From the human T2T-CHM13v2.0 reference genome, Homo sapiens, in assembly GCF_009914755.1 (NCBI RefSeq), contig NC_060931.1: a DNA stretch of 64,000 nucleotides; one strand, written 5' to 3'. The position numbers and the translations under genes were made by a program. Of this stretch, positions 30,565-44,407 are shown piece by piece (position 1 is the first letter of the stretch; every line of letters begins with the position of its first letter). Under the pieces are notes generated by a model, which had not been told where the DNA came from, ran no database searches, and saw only the letters and a list, made by a program, of their open reading frames with translations.

Positions 30565-31573
30565 TCTTCTCATGGTTTCAAAAAGGCTACAGCAGCTTTG
30601 AGCATCAAATCCTCACACAACTATGTTCAAAGACAGAAAACAGGAGGAAGTGATGTTGGCAGGCCAGGGGAGGGGTCCCTCCTCTGACCACTCTCTCTTA
30701 CCAGAGAGAAAAATAATCTTTGCCACAGCCTCCCAGAAAACTTTTTATTTCTGCTTCATCAAGCGGACACCCTTAACTTGTGGATATTCTATATTGGCAG
30801 GTAAATAAGTGAGAAGGGATATGGGTGCAGCACGGGGGCAACCAATGAAAGGTTGGCCATACAAGCAGGTGTTCCAATAAGACAGAAGAATACATGAACC
30901 ATGCTCACAGGAAAATTTATATAGTTTCCTCTTGGAAAACAACAACAAAAACCTTCTGGTCTTATCCAAAGCATTAATTGGATGAAAAATGTCAAGCTTT
31001 TCGCAGTGTTCGGTGCAGTACAAACGTAGGATTATTTCTAAGTGGAGGAGCAATAGAAGATAGCACTGTAGAACTCTTCCGTCATGCCAAGAGAAGTTAG
31101 ATATGACCAATACGATGAAGGGAAATGATAAGGTGACATTATCCCTGAGCTAAAAGTCACCGAATCTGTGACAAGGTATGGGCTAGTCAACTTGTGGAGC
31201 TCTCCAGCCCCCTTCTCAATGAAGATTTTAAGGCAAACTAGAATTGCATTACATTTAGTGATTATTTTTCCTCAAAGACCAACGACTTCAATGGGAGATA
31301 GAAGAGTCTGTGGATCACTTGCTTTTATTCTCTTCCTATAGCTGTGAAAATTGATTCAAGAAATTGCCAACATTCCACTTTAATCAGGGTAGAAACCAAG
31401 AGTTGGGTGTAGTTTATCCATTGAGATGCTCTATGCATTGGCAATGCCATCATTTAAAAACATCATGGAGACTGTTTTTAGTCATATGGACAAATCCAAG
31501 CAGGCTGCCTTCCCAGGAAATCAGGAGCAACCTATGAAGTTCTAGGCTTGAAGTTTTTTGATTGGTGGACTTA

Positions 31574-31922
<349 letters not shown>

Positions 31923-33885
31923 GGACCTATTCCAAGATTTTCATTAAATGCTCAGATAAGTATACCACCCGAGGATCAGTATTATAACCAGGTATCTTAT
32001 TGGAAGTCTTGTGTTTTATCTTGGAATACTCATGAGTTCGGTATTCCATCTCCTGGTATATTTGGATTGGATAATTTTATGTTATTTGATAAAATTGCCT
32101 ACTCAAGGAAGATAGTTATCCTAGGGATTTGAATATCTCAATTGGGAAACTCAGCATTCATTGAGACCACAATCAACCATTTACATCTCATTTTGAGTTG
32201 GACTTGAAGTTGTGGATGATATCAGAGCCCTGAGAGAGAGAAATTTAAAAAGGAATCCTGAAAGGCAGATGTAAATATCGCCTTACACTGCTTCTTCTTT
32301 TACCCCAAGATGGCTAAGAAAGCCTTCAAAGTCCTTTGAAAGCATTAATTTATCCAACTTTTCCCACAAAGACTGAAATGGGTCTGCATCAATGATGTAA
32401 TTTGGGTATTGCTGGGTTATACAGGAGCACAATGGTGATGATTATGGGTGCGCTGCAGAGGACTGAGTTAATGGAATCCCATCAGGGACTCAGAGCACAA
32501 ATTCGGGGCACAAACAGGACCCACCTCATCCCGCTGCAGCTGAGAGTCACTGTTGTTGCTGCTGTGAGTGAGGGAAAAGGCTGATCAAATTGCAGGCTCA
32601 TGTGACTGGTGGATTTATTTAGCCAATGGGCAATTTCGGTGTACCTCTCAAGCAAAATATAAGTAATTGTTGAGAGAATTACTTTTTTGATTACCAAATT
32701 ACTATGATTTGAAATGCAATTAGTAGTATAGACAAACCTATTTTTCCCCTTTATGAGAAGGAAATTGTTCGGAAATGGGTATAGTGGTGCTGATAAAGTT
32801 ACAGTCCACAGTGAATTAAATTACCCACAAGAAGCAGATACATGGTTTCATTTCAGTTTTATTGCTCCTAATGCAATTTGTTTTCATTAATGAGAACCCA
32901 CATGTATGCATGAATCAGGGTTTTGCACTGATACCTCCTGTGTGGGGTATTTCTTTTTCCAGGTTAGGTTTCATTCTCCATATTTAAGATCTATTGTGTG
33001 TATATTGATATTTGCCTATAAATATTAAAGATGCACCTGTGGTTCAGAGAATATGTTAAAATTCAAGAAAAGCTACCGATCTACCTAAAGTAGCATCAAC
33101 TCGTTTTTTAAATTTGTAGATATTTCCATTTGTACATGGAAATTTAGAGGGAATCTTAAGTGACGGTGAAAAATAAAATGGATTTTATAATGAACCCTTT
33201 AACATGCTTGAAAGGAGTGGATTCAGGAGAATTAAGTTCATGAAAGTCAGGTTTGAACTTTAAATGTTTATTAACTTTATTGATTTTTAATTAAGGACAG
33301 GATTTTTTTATTGCATTGAAAAAGCAATGAGTCCAAACTAGAGGCACGGAAGATTTTTTTTATGAAATCAGTGTTTGAAAGTAAGGCTTTTTTTTTCTTT
33401 GCAGTTCTGCAGAGTTCTTCTGCCAAATTGCATATGTTCTGGCAAGATGGGAAAAGGCTCTCTGCTAAGGTACAAAATCAGAGTATCTCAGATAAGCCAC
33501 AACAGTTGTGGTATGATAGTTTGACCATATCTTTGCCTTTGCTTTGACAATTCCCTTTTGATTTCTACCTTCTTCCTGACATGAAACTTAAACATCAGTT
33601 CAAGGGCGAAACAGCATCTGAAAATGTCCTGCAAAGACTAAATGGACTGCATTCTTTTTTGATTCTGAATAAAGTCTTAGAAAAGATAAAAAAAAAAAAA
33701 AACACTCCCTCCCTCATTTAAATGGTTTCTTTTTTTTATTCTTGAAAAATCCTTACCCTTAGGAGAATCCTTGTCCAATCCTTTAAATGTATAAGCTGTT
33801 ATCTGAGACCTGAGCAAACATTTGAGAAATCTTCCAGGTCACCTTGGTGCCGTGAAGAAAATTGCTCTAGTACATTGCTCTAGTG

Positions 33886-34066
33886 CAGTGGTTCTCAGAC
33901 TTGTGCATGCATCAGAATCATCTGGAGAGCTTGTTAAATGCAGCTTGCCCGGCCCCAGCCCTGAGTTTCAGCTGGTCTGAGACAGGGCCCACGAATCTGC
34001 ATTTCCAACAAGTCCCTGAATGATGCTTTCGCTGTTGGTCCAGAAACAACTCTTTGAAAGCCACTG
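33886..34066. mobile_element. MER5A (hAT-Charlie MITE)
   Basis: 181 nt; termini CAGTGGTT...GCCACTG; 'gcatcagaatcatctggagagcttgttaaa...gaatctgcatttccaacaag'. Confidence 0.85.
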
Positions 34067-34474
34067 TATGAGTAGATTAAAAATGCTACTTGGTGCTGCT
34101 ATAATAAATAAATCACAGCTTTATTGTGAACACATTTGCAAGCTAGTGGTTTCTAACAGTCCTTTTGTAGTAAGACTAGCAGTGCTCCAAATGTACCAAA
34201 AGGAGCAAGAAATTGAGAAAACGGCATCTATTCACAAAAGTAAAGCATTATCAGTCGGATAATTTGTAGTATCAGTCTTGCTTCACTTTGAGGAGTACTG
34301 ATGATCATCTGCATGAAAGCAAGTTCACTGTAGTTCATGATTTCATCCTTAGAACGTAGCGCAATGAATGGCACATAGTCAGTGCTCAGGTGTTAACTGA
34401 ATAAGTGAAATGCCTACAAGAAGCATGGACTTGACCATGCCATTTTTTCATGCATTGATTTGGCTTTAATGACA

Positions 34475-34940
34475 CAAGCATGCTGTTTAACCAATTATCC
34501 TCAGTGACTTACCCAACAAGTATTTATTTCAAGACCCACATTTCTGCTGGTTAACTGTGATTCAGCTGGTCTACACTGGGCTCGGCTAAGAGACTCTGCT
34601 TTGTGCTCCCCAATTATCTGGCTTAGCCCCAGGCTGTGGGTTGTATTGAGGTCTTCTCCAAGTGTGTTTGTTCTGGGGCCAGGCTAAAGCATCGGCTGTT
34701 AATAGGGACATGTTTTTGTATGGTGGATCATCAGAGTGCAGAAGCCAGCCAGGGTATGCAAGCAGCTGCAAGGCCTCTGCCTGCATCATGTCCACGCACA
34801 TCCCATTAGTCCAAGTAAGTCACATGACCAGTCTCAAAGTCAGGGTGGCAGTAGGTGTCAGGGGACAGGTTAAGATGCTTCCCTGCAGGGGGCATGGGGT
34901 GGAGAGTAGTATTTGCTGAACAACATTCCAGTCTGTTACA
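34475..34940 (-). mobile_element. Old MLT1 (MaLR) LTR
   Basis: 'cacatcccattagtccaagtaagtcacatgacca..ctcaaagtca' and terminal 'tatttgctgaacaac..tccagtctgttaca'. Confidence 0.6.
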
Positions 34941-37900
34941 GTTTACAATATGGCAATAATGGCTTATTCCATTTAGAACTCAAAGATGAGTGTTCAGGAG
35001 CTGGATATTTATAGGTTGGAAATGCAATCACATGCTCCGCTATATTATGCTCTTGAAAGAAGATGCTGCTACTCAGACTGTCCCACTGAACATCTGAAAA
35101 GGGGGTTTGTCACGTAAAGGAAGACTCTTTCCTCTTCCCTCCTTATGTTTTACAGTCATTGTGTTGTTGGAAGAAGAGATGGAAAGATACACTGGAATCT
35201 GCAGTACTTGGACCTGGGGGCCAACTTGCTGGGCTTTTCTTATTTTGTTATTTCTGGCCGACAAGCCTTCTCTTTCGGGGGTGAATTAAGTTGTGCTCAC
35301 ACTCAACCCTCCCTAAATCTTAGTCCAGATGCACATTTTAGAAATACACTATACCCCCTTCCTTTATTTGTAACTGCAGTAATTTTTAGTGAAGTCAAGT
35401 TTTCCACTCTCTGTAACTGTTTCTATTAGCCTGCAGGAGAGTACCAATTTACGTGGCAGGATTTAATGAGTTGACACTGGCTCTGTTTGTTTTGCTGTCA
35501 GGAAAAGACGTTGCATTTGACTGACCCTATCTTTATCCATTTTGGTTTCGCTGTTGCTTTGAAGTCAAAGCCTGAGAATGCCTCTGGGCTGATGCCAATG
35601 TCCCCAGAAGACAGTGTAAGCCCTTGTTCCCTGTGGCTCACAGTCAGTTCTAAGGCTGACCATACCGCAAGCAGGACTTGGTCCTTCACAAGGCATGCCA
35701 GTGGTCAGCAGAGAGAACAGACACAAGCTTTCTCTTCTTTCTGAATGCAATCATCACCTCTCCTGGTTACAAAATTAAAGCACTGAAGTGCAGAGACTCA
35801 TTCCTATCACTTTAACATTGAAGGGAATCATATTTAACTTAATTCACCTGACCCTAAGAAGTGTGTGGTTTGAAAAGGGCAAGGCGCTCTAGGGGCACTT
35901 TGGAGCAGAAGTCATATCTCGTTTAATCTAATACAGTTTGATCTATGAACTAAGACGTTTTGGAGAACAACATGGTTATGGTCAAATGATCACCAGGGAC
36001 AAACAGAAAGAGAAGAGAGTCTTCTATACCCCATGCTCCAAAAACCTAAGAGCCTTGGGAAGCACTGTGGAAACGATCATTGTGTCACCAGAAAATAGGA
36101 AATGACAGGAGTTCGTGCCTCCTCCAGGGTGAGAGGTGATTATTTGGATAATTTCTGAGGCAATGTTGGTAGCACAAGGCAAGATTTGATAAATATTCAG
36201 AGGGCAGCAAGGAAGTTTTAGAGAAAATAATATATATTCTACGTATAGCCTACAGATATTGATCCAGAGAAGGGACGTGCATGAAGGCAAGACAACAGAA
36301 GTGAAGAAAGGTAGTTAGAAAGTGGGAGGAGAAGAGTCGATTATGGTTAAATGTAGAAAGGCAAGATGAAGAACTAGGGGAGAATCCTAGAGGAAGGTGG
36401 TAAGGTTGTGAGCAGCCCTCCGGGGGGCCACAGAGAAAACATGGGATGAGGTTGGCACCAGCCATTTGCGTAGGATCAAAAGCTTGTGCAGCTCACCTGG
36501 CGATAAACCTTAACACTCGTGTTAATCAACCACTGTGTTTGTGTACATGACACTAGTGTAGTTAGTTGTACGTATGTTTTGAACTGTGTAAGATCCAAGC
36601 AGTGACACAATGGTAGGGCTAAAATGCAGAGACATGTGCTATTGGGAGATTGAAGCTTAACTTTACTGATGTTAGAGAAAGGCTATTTATTGGGTTACAA
36701 CAAATGATTTTACATAAAACATAATTTTTATGTATTAAGTTGAAAAGCCCAAATTAACCCAATTCATACTTTAACTCTGTTTTTCAAAAGCCTGAAATAG
36801 CAATTATTGTGTGTGTGTGTATGTGTGTGTGTGCTGGATATTTCCTGTTTGAAGGTGTGTAAAAGGTCTTACTACCCAGCCCCTAGTGGAGAGTTATCTT
36901 GCAAAAAACAAAAACGGAAACAAGAAACCAAACATGCTTTGAGAGATAGAGAGTGAGAAACAGATTTGCAGAGTGGAGAATATGCCTTCTATTTATGCAT
37001 TTAGCATTGTGTTTTCTCAAGCTACCCAGATTTTTAAAAATTTCTCCCCGTTTATGAGTTCAAGCTGATAATATGTAAAAGACAGTGATGCCCACTGTTT
37101 TAGGGAAGACCTTCCTTCAGAGTATGCTAACTTAGCCATTTCATTTCTTCAAATATTAGTATTTGGAAAAGAAAAAACAGTCTTAAATATGGTTCTGTCC
37201 TTCTCCCTCAGCACCCAGAGAAAAGGGAAGTCAACTACAGGATATAATTCTCTCAGAAATAAGAAAACCTCTTAGCTAATAAAAATCATGCTTAGGCTGC
37301 TGAACTCAATGGATGTACTTTTGTTATTCCTACAATGCTTAGCTTGCAGGTAGACCAAAAATTTGCCTTCATTGTCATTTTAAAAATGACTATCCAACAT
37401 ATTTTGCAGCATCTGCCTAATCCCAATGACTTATATTTGTTTTGTAAATTTGTTCTAGGGAAAATAAACACACACCCACACCTTTGTAATAAATAGGGAA
37501 GCACTAATCATATGAAACTAGATAGAAAAATGGGTTGGGGGCATTTGGTTTGGAGCAGCATGGAAGAATTAAACTCGACATTAAATAATTTGCAAAATAT
37601 TTTCAAAAATATTTTCTCACACTTACCCAATAAGTAGGAATAAAAACCTGCTTCATCGCCACAGTGTATTTCAGACGTTCAAGGAGAAATTGAGTAGAGG
37701 GAAATATTGACATGTTTCCTTCCGAACCACTACACCTATTTTGAAATGCCCATTGGGTACTTTTGCTCCTCTTCGGGGTATCTTTTTCCTTGTTTGTGTG
37801 TGTGTGTGTGTGGATAAGGGGAGGTGAAAGGTGATTAGAGACAAGAATTGAATTAATTATACATCATAAACATAACATGCCATAGCTTGCCAGTCTTTAA

Positions 37901-38062
37901 AATTGTATCACTTCACTTATTCTAACATACTAACCACTTTATTCTTTTATATGTGGGACCACAGTGTCCTCACACCCTCGACTGCAATGTGTGTATCCGT
38001 GCTTAACACAAATTTGGATGTGTGGGTGCATAAACGTGCATGCACATACACACGAGGTATAG

Positions 38063-38364
<302 letters not shown>

Positions 38365-41170
38365 AGAACATTCTTTAAAATGTCCCTAGAAGCACCGCGT
38401 TCAGTGTGCAAGGTGCAAGAGTATAGCCAAGCGCTTTTCAATTTGGGTAAAGGGCGCTCCATCTGGATCATCCTTGAGGAACATCCTCGTGTTCATCCAT
38501 GCTGTTTCCAGTCCTCCCCAGCATTCCGGCTCCTTTCACACCTGCATCTTTCAGACGCTCGCTCTTTCCTGCCCTCCGTTTCTTCTGCTTAATTGTGAGA
38601 TTTGCTTCCCAGCACAAATTTTTACTTCAACTCTTTCCCCTGTTGCTTATGAGTTTTATGGTGATTTCATTTTATAATTTTAAGCAGAAATCGCTTATCA
38701 TATTTTCTTAGATAATTTAATTGAGATTTTAAACTTTAGTTAGATTATAGTTACCTACAATGCCTTGAGAATATAGTTTTTAAAAGTGGCACATATGCTT
38801 TATCCCAATAGTATTCTATCTATGATTAATATGCACACATCTATCATTGTATTTTGTATAAACTATATTAGTATGACATTTAGTTTGTGTAAAAATATGC
38901 ATGCATATTTCATAGATAGCGTATGTATATTACATAAGTGGGACCCTAACTGCATCTATATTTAGTGAAATGTCAGGATCGCGATGCTGCGGTGAATAGC
39001 ATGAGCTTTCTTTCATGTCCATGTTAGGAGAGGCAGCTTCCTCCCATCAAAAGCACAGCTGGGGCAGAGGAGGGGGTTGAGAGCAAGGTTTTCTATCTAT
39101 CTAATTGTGGTGACTTTTAAAGTTTAGTTTTATGGCTCTGTTGCCTCTGTCTTCAAAGTCAAATGGAGCAGCTGAAGCTCTCCCCACCCCAGACCCACCT
39201 GCCTGGCCTCTCCCATGCAGCAAGTTTCGCTTAGCTGTTGCAATCCTGGTTTTACTTGGTTTTGTATTTGCTATTTTTTTTAAAGTGTTTTTAAACTCAT
39301 GTTTCTTCATAGTAAAGGGTAACTACTGTGGAGTAAACAGAAGATGAGCGTGGTACAAATTTTGGTTAAACCAAAAACTACACACTGGATTGAAAGCTTG
39401 GGGAAGGGAGGCAGGTGGAAGGGACTGAAGGAGGTCTCTTCCCAGGAGACTTGTTCACCGGCATCCAGTATTCTCCCCCGCAGTTAGGGAAACAGAGGGA
39501 GCATGCAGTTTCAGGCCCAGGCAGGCCTCTCTCTGGGCTTGGGGCAATGCCAAGGCTGGGGGCGAGCCTGCAGTCAGCCTTGTGCGTGGCGGCCGAGCCT
39601 GTTATTTTGAAACCCTAAGTGGAAACAGGCATGGAAACCCGGAAGGAGCAGGGAGCCTTAGCAGTCCTGGGAGATGAAGCCAACGCCCTACCTCCATGTG
39701 GAAGGAGGCGGCGGAATGGGCAGGGGCGGGTCTCACAGGTTCCCCCCTCTGGAGTTGGGGTTTCCCGGCCCACGTTCGCTCTCTGGATGTGATAGGTCCT
39801 TCCCGGCCGGGAAGGGCTGGAAGGGGCGCGCAAGGAGGACGTGGGGACGAGACGAGAGAGACGCGTGCCCAGCAACTCCAGAAGGACAGAGAGGAGTGCA
39901 GAAGGGAGCCGGGGAGGACGCGGGAGGGCCGGGAGGGGAAGAGAAGCCAGGCCGGGCCTGGAGCGGAGGAGCGGAGCCCGCTGGTGCGGGTGTCCACACA
40001 GGGGCGCTGGAGCGCGCCTTCCTGCGGCTGGGCAGGAGGCAAGCCCGAGAGCGCGCGGCGAGTGGAGCCATGTCGCCCTCCCTCGCTCTCGGCGGGCACA
40101 GTGAGGCGCAGGCTTTGGAAAAGTTGCGGGCAGCCGGAGAGCCGAGCCTCCGCCTGCGTTCATGATAATGAGAATGGAGTCGCGGTCACAGACGGGCTCT
40201 CTGTGGGGCGCAGCGCCCGCGAGGGGCGCCTGGGCCTCTGGGCGTCCTCTGCCGCCCCGCGACCTTTCCTGCCCTCCTCCGGAGAGAGGCGAAGGGAAGG
40301 GGCGGTTTCGGAGGGAGCTGGGCTGTGGAGGGAGGGCGGCCTCTTCACCAGCGTCGTCCGACCACCCCGCGCCCTCCTGGTGGCTCTCCCACGCCCCATT
40401 CGCACCCCAGGTCCTCGGGGTGTCTCTGGTGTTGCTTCAAGTTAGGCAAGAGGAGCTGGGGGCGCGGGGAGCCCGGCGCCGCAGCGCGTGCGTGGCTGGG
40501 GCGCCCCGGGGCCGGCTGCACCTTCAGTCGCCCCCTGGCCGGCCTGCCTGCCTCGACCTCCGCATCCCCTTGCACCGTCCGCTCGCGTGCTGCGGGGCAC
40601 TCGCAGCACTACCTTCGGTGGGGCCGCAGCACCCTGAGCTCCCGGGACTCCCCCACCGCCCCCGCACCCACGACCCGCGTGGTCCCAGCCCCTCCACCCT
40701 CTTCACGCACCCTCGCACCCTTTTGTGCGACCCCGTGCCCTCTCCGGGCTGCCAACCCCTGCCACCCAGGTGCCAGTCCCGGGCGCGGGGAGGAGGCCGG
40801 TGGGGAAGGGGGCGGAGGGGCCGGGGTGGAGGAGGAGCTGCGCGAGGGGCCTGGGGGCGGGGAGCGAGGAGAGCGCTCGGAATGTGTGCCGGTCTCTAGG
40901 TGGTGCCAAATTCTGGGGCCTAGGCATTTCCCTCGCTTTATGTTTTTGGTTTTTTTTCTTCCTTCAATCTCTTTGATTAGGCCGTACGTGGCTGTGGCAA
41001 GGAGTTGGGGAAAAAAATTATAAAAACAGGAAAGAGAGAAAGCACAGCCAGAGCCCCGGCTTCGCGAGCCGCCGGGGAGGGGGCGGAGGAGGCTGAGCCA
41101 GGCAGAGTCGCCAGCGGAGACTCGCGAGTGGCGCGCGGGAGGAGCGGCCGCCGGCGCTGGGCTTGCCTTG

Positions 41171-41188
41171 CTGCTGCTGCTGCTGCTG
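41171..41188 (+). repeat. (CTG)6 in the 5' leader, followed by T13 at 41202-41214
   Basis: Seen directly. Confidence 0.95.
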
Positions 41189-41301
41189 CCTCCCCACCGC
41201 CTTTTTTTTTTTTTAATCTGGAGCGGGGTGGGGAGTGGGAACCGGAGAGAAAGCAAAATATTAAAAAGCCCCAAAGACAGCCAGCAGGAGCGCGGTGCCC
41301 G

Positions 41302-41544
41302 ATGGCTTCGCTGTACCAGAGGTTCACTGGCAAGATCAACACCTCGAGGTCCTTCCCCGCGCCCCCGGAGGCGAGTCACCTCCTGGGCGGCCAGGGGCCC
41401 GAGGAGGACGGCGGCGCAGGAGCCAAGCCCCTCGGCCCGCGGGCACAGGCGGCGGCGCCCCGGGAGCGCGGCGGCGGCGGCGGCGGCGCGGGTGGCCGGC
41501 CCCGGTTCCAGTACCAGGCGCGGAGCGATGGTGACGAGGAGGAC
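41302..41544 (+). CDS. DPP6: First coding exon (81 codons, phase-0 intron) of dipeptidyl peptidase-like 6 long isoform (DPPX-L cytoplasmic N-terminus)
   Basis: ATG at 41302 gives MASLYQRFTGKINTSRSFPAPPEASHLLGGQGPEEDGGAGAKPLGPRAQAAAPRERGGGGGGAGGRPRFQYQARSDGDEED, recognised as the DPP6 N-terminus; GTAAGA donor at 41545. Could be the 7q36.1 paralogous copy. Confidence 0.93.
41470..41487 (+). repeat. (GGC)6 coding poly-Gly tract
   Basis: Seen directly within the exon. Confidence 0.95.
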
Positions 41545-43843
41545 GTAAGAGCTTCTCGGGGGCGGGGGGCGGCGGCGGGTTCTCCGGGCTGAGCGCGCAG
41601 CGAGACGCGTCGGCAGGGGAAATTTTTTTTGGGGGGGGAATCAGGCGCCCTCCCCCCGCCCACGACTCTCCGGGCGCCCCCAGACAGGCTCCGTGGCGCC
41701 AGATCGCGGTCACCGCCGTCCCGGAGGGAGCGGGTCTGTGTCTGCAGCCGCGGCGGCCGGGAGTTGGTGGCTGGAGAGAGCGGGGTTTGGGTACTGCGCC
41801 TGCTGGGATCTGGAATTCGCCTTACGTTCCCTGGGTGCGCGGATGTCTGTTTTTAACAGCATGCTGCTATGGTTCCTAAGGAGAGAATTCGATCGGCCTG
41901 TGCTTACGAGTTGGTTTATTTTTTATTTATTTCGTGCTCCGGGAACACAGCCTCAGGCACCTTCTCTCCCTCCCACCTGTGTCTGGAATCTCTCCATCGT
42001 GCCCCTCCTCTCCTACTCACTCTGTCCCTTGACTCAAATGCCTCTCCTTCGTTCCTCTTCTTACTTCTCCTAGACACTTTTTCCCCCCAGCGGTGGTGAT
42101 GGTGATTATCCTTTCCGGAAAAAAAAAATACCAAAATACTGGCATCTGAGCCCCAACCCTCTGTCCCAGGGCCCAGCTCTTTTGCTGAGAGCCCTCAGGC
42201 CGTGTCTGTCTCCCCTCCCAGCCCTGGACTAGCACCTCTGCCTTAGACCGTGTTCAGTGAAAACTTCTCCGAGAGCACATTTCCTACTCTTCATGGGGGC
42301 TGGAAGCCTGGGTTTCAAAGGTTGGATTTGCACATCGCCCTAGTAACCAATGACTCATGCAGGACAGGAGCCGGACCTTAGATGGATGCGTTTAACCACC
42401 TCCTGTGGATCCCTTTCAAGGATGCAGAGGGCTGCTAGGACTTAGAAGGGAGGAAACTGTGCTTTTTCTTTGAGGCCTTCTTTTCCCAGGGAAAAGAGAA
42501 AAATCCCCGACAGGCTCTCAGAGAAACAGGTCTGGCTTGGCTGGTACAGCTCTTATAACAGCTAGGCTGTGTTGGTTTGTAGAAATTACTATGTATGCCT
42601 TTGAGGAGTTTCACAACTGCTCAACCTGGGAACCGCAGGGGTCCCACCGGCCTCTCACTTAGTCTACCCTGACATACCCAGGGCAGTACATTGCCGGGCA
42701 CTGAGTAGGTGGTTTTGGTCATTACCTCTCTGCAGCCTCCAGCCACGCTGGTTCCCTGTTTCGTATTTCTTTAGTGCAAGAGTTGTGTTTGGGTCGAGGG
42801 AGGGGTGAGACATTGAGTGATTTCCCAGGGACAATTCCTAATTGCCAGATACTATGAAATCAGTGAGGTTTTGCTGTTGTTATTGGTAGTTTTTGTTTTA
42901 TGAATGAAGGATGTGGAAACTTTAATGGAGATCACAAAACTTTGTGGGAGATGTGGTTTGCACACACACAGGTACACACCCCCTACAGCCCTGCGTCAGA
43001 TTTTGCATGAGGTTTTGTGATTTTCTCCTGCATCGTTTCCAGACTCCCCTGGTTAAATAGTCATTCAAAGGCATGTCCCTCACTTTGGTGGGCCAAGCCC
43101 TGAGGGAAATAGACAGATCCTTCAGTCATCTGGTTCAAGTCTTTGGCAAATGGTTTAATTGGGGGAGGGTGAAGAGTTCTGGAGGATTAAACTACCGAGA
43201 ATCTTGGGGAAGACAGTTAAGCTGCAATGCAAACAGGAAAAATGTACTTTTTACCTTAAATCTGACTTAAAATTGTTGAATTGTGGATGTTTGGAATGAG
43301 AACAATGTGCAGTTTTTTTCTCAACAGGCTCTAGGTGTCGCTAGGAGAAAGGAAAGGCAAGAGCTCTGAATTTTATTTCAGATGATCTCCATCTTTTTTT
43401 AAAAAAATCTTAACTTGGAGTATACATGTCCTTCTTTTTATTGTGACATGTGTCTAGAAATGATTCTCAGATAAACACAGGTGTCCTGAGAAACAAATCA
43501 GGGATATAACATGTACATTTGTTAATGGGGTTCTAAACAGCATCTCTAACTTAGATGTAAGTCCTGACATGCTTTTTTTTTTTTTTTCTGGAAAATACAC
43601 AATGTGTGTGGGTGGGCGTGTATTGTGTGTTTATATAGTGTACTCCCGATATATATATGCACACATATATACTTGCCCATTATCTGCACATATATATCTG
43701 GCACACATCTGCAAAATGCATTGCACATATGTCCTTTAAATTGTATAATTAAACTCATGACACAGGCTGAATGTTGCATCCTTTAAAAACAACAACAAAC
43801 TTTTATGCACTCTTCTTAGAAAAGTTCCTCAGAATAGGAAAAG

Positions 43844-44407
43844 TTATGCCCCCAAATTTACTAAAAGATAGATGAACATATCAAACCACTTTTCCTCCAG
43901 GAACAAAAGCTTCAATTTGCTTAAAGTGTATTGAAAAACAAAAACAAAAAAAGAGATTAGGTAGAAAAACTGCTTTTTAGGTACAGATACTTGCCAAGGC
44001 AAGGCTGAAGAATCTAGAGTAATCATTTTGCTACCCAAATTTAAAGCTGAGGATATGCAATGAATTAGGAACACATTGCATTTTATTACGTGTCTTGCAA
44101 CTGCTGACAACCTCAAGACAAACCGAGGCTTTCCTTTTCCACATCTGCAAGCAGCTGGGAGCGCCGCTACTTCGGTGGGAGCTGTCTGAGGTGCTGAAAC
44201 CTTCTCTTGGCTTAGCGCAGGAGAAATCTCCATCACTCTTGCCTTTTCAGTCCTGATCCCAAGGCTGGTGGCTTTATCGCTGTTCTCTGGCTTGTCAGGG
44301 AAGACTGTTCCAAGGTACAGAAACAGCTTCGCTGCCTTGGTCACTAAGATGATGGCAAGCAGCATACCTTTATAATCCTTAGGACTTTGTACCTGTTGTC
44401 CTTCTGT
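43844..44407 (-). other. Candidate antisense exon containing a 173-aa ATG ORF (44365-43844)
   Basis: Minus-strand acceptor 'tatttctcaatttccag|ACAG' at 44408/44407; long stop-free frame in non-repetitive DNA; no recognised homology. Confidence 0.3.

Larger units (their letters stand above)
39650..41850. promoter_or_regulatory. CpG island / promoter of the DPP6 long isoform
   Basis: About 2.2 kb, very GC- and CpG-rich; GC boxes (GGGGCGG) at several positions; TATAAAA at 41019-41025; contains the first coding exon. Confidence 0.92.

Noticed and set aside
39602-41379. Long overlapping ORFs (163-256 aa) on both strands across the CpG island
   Set aside because: Expected from stop-codon scarcity in very GC-rich DNA; Arg/Gly/Pro/Ala low-complexity products with no recognisable domains
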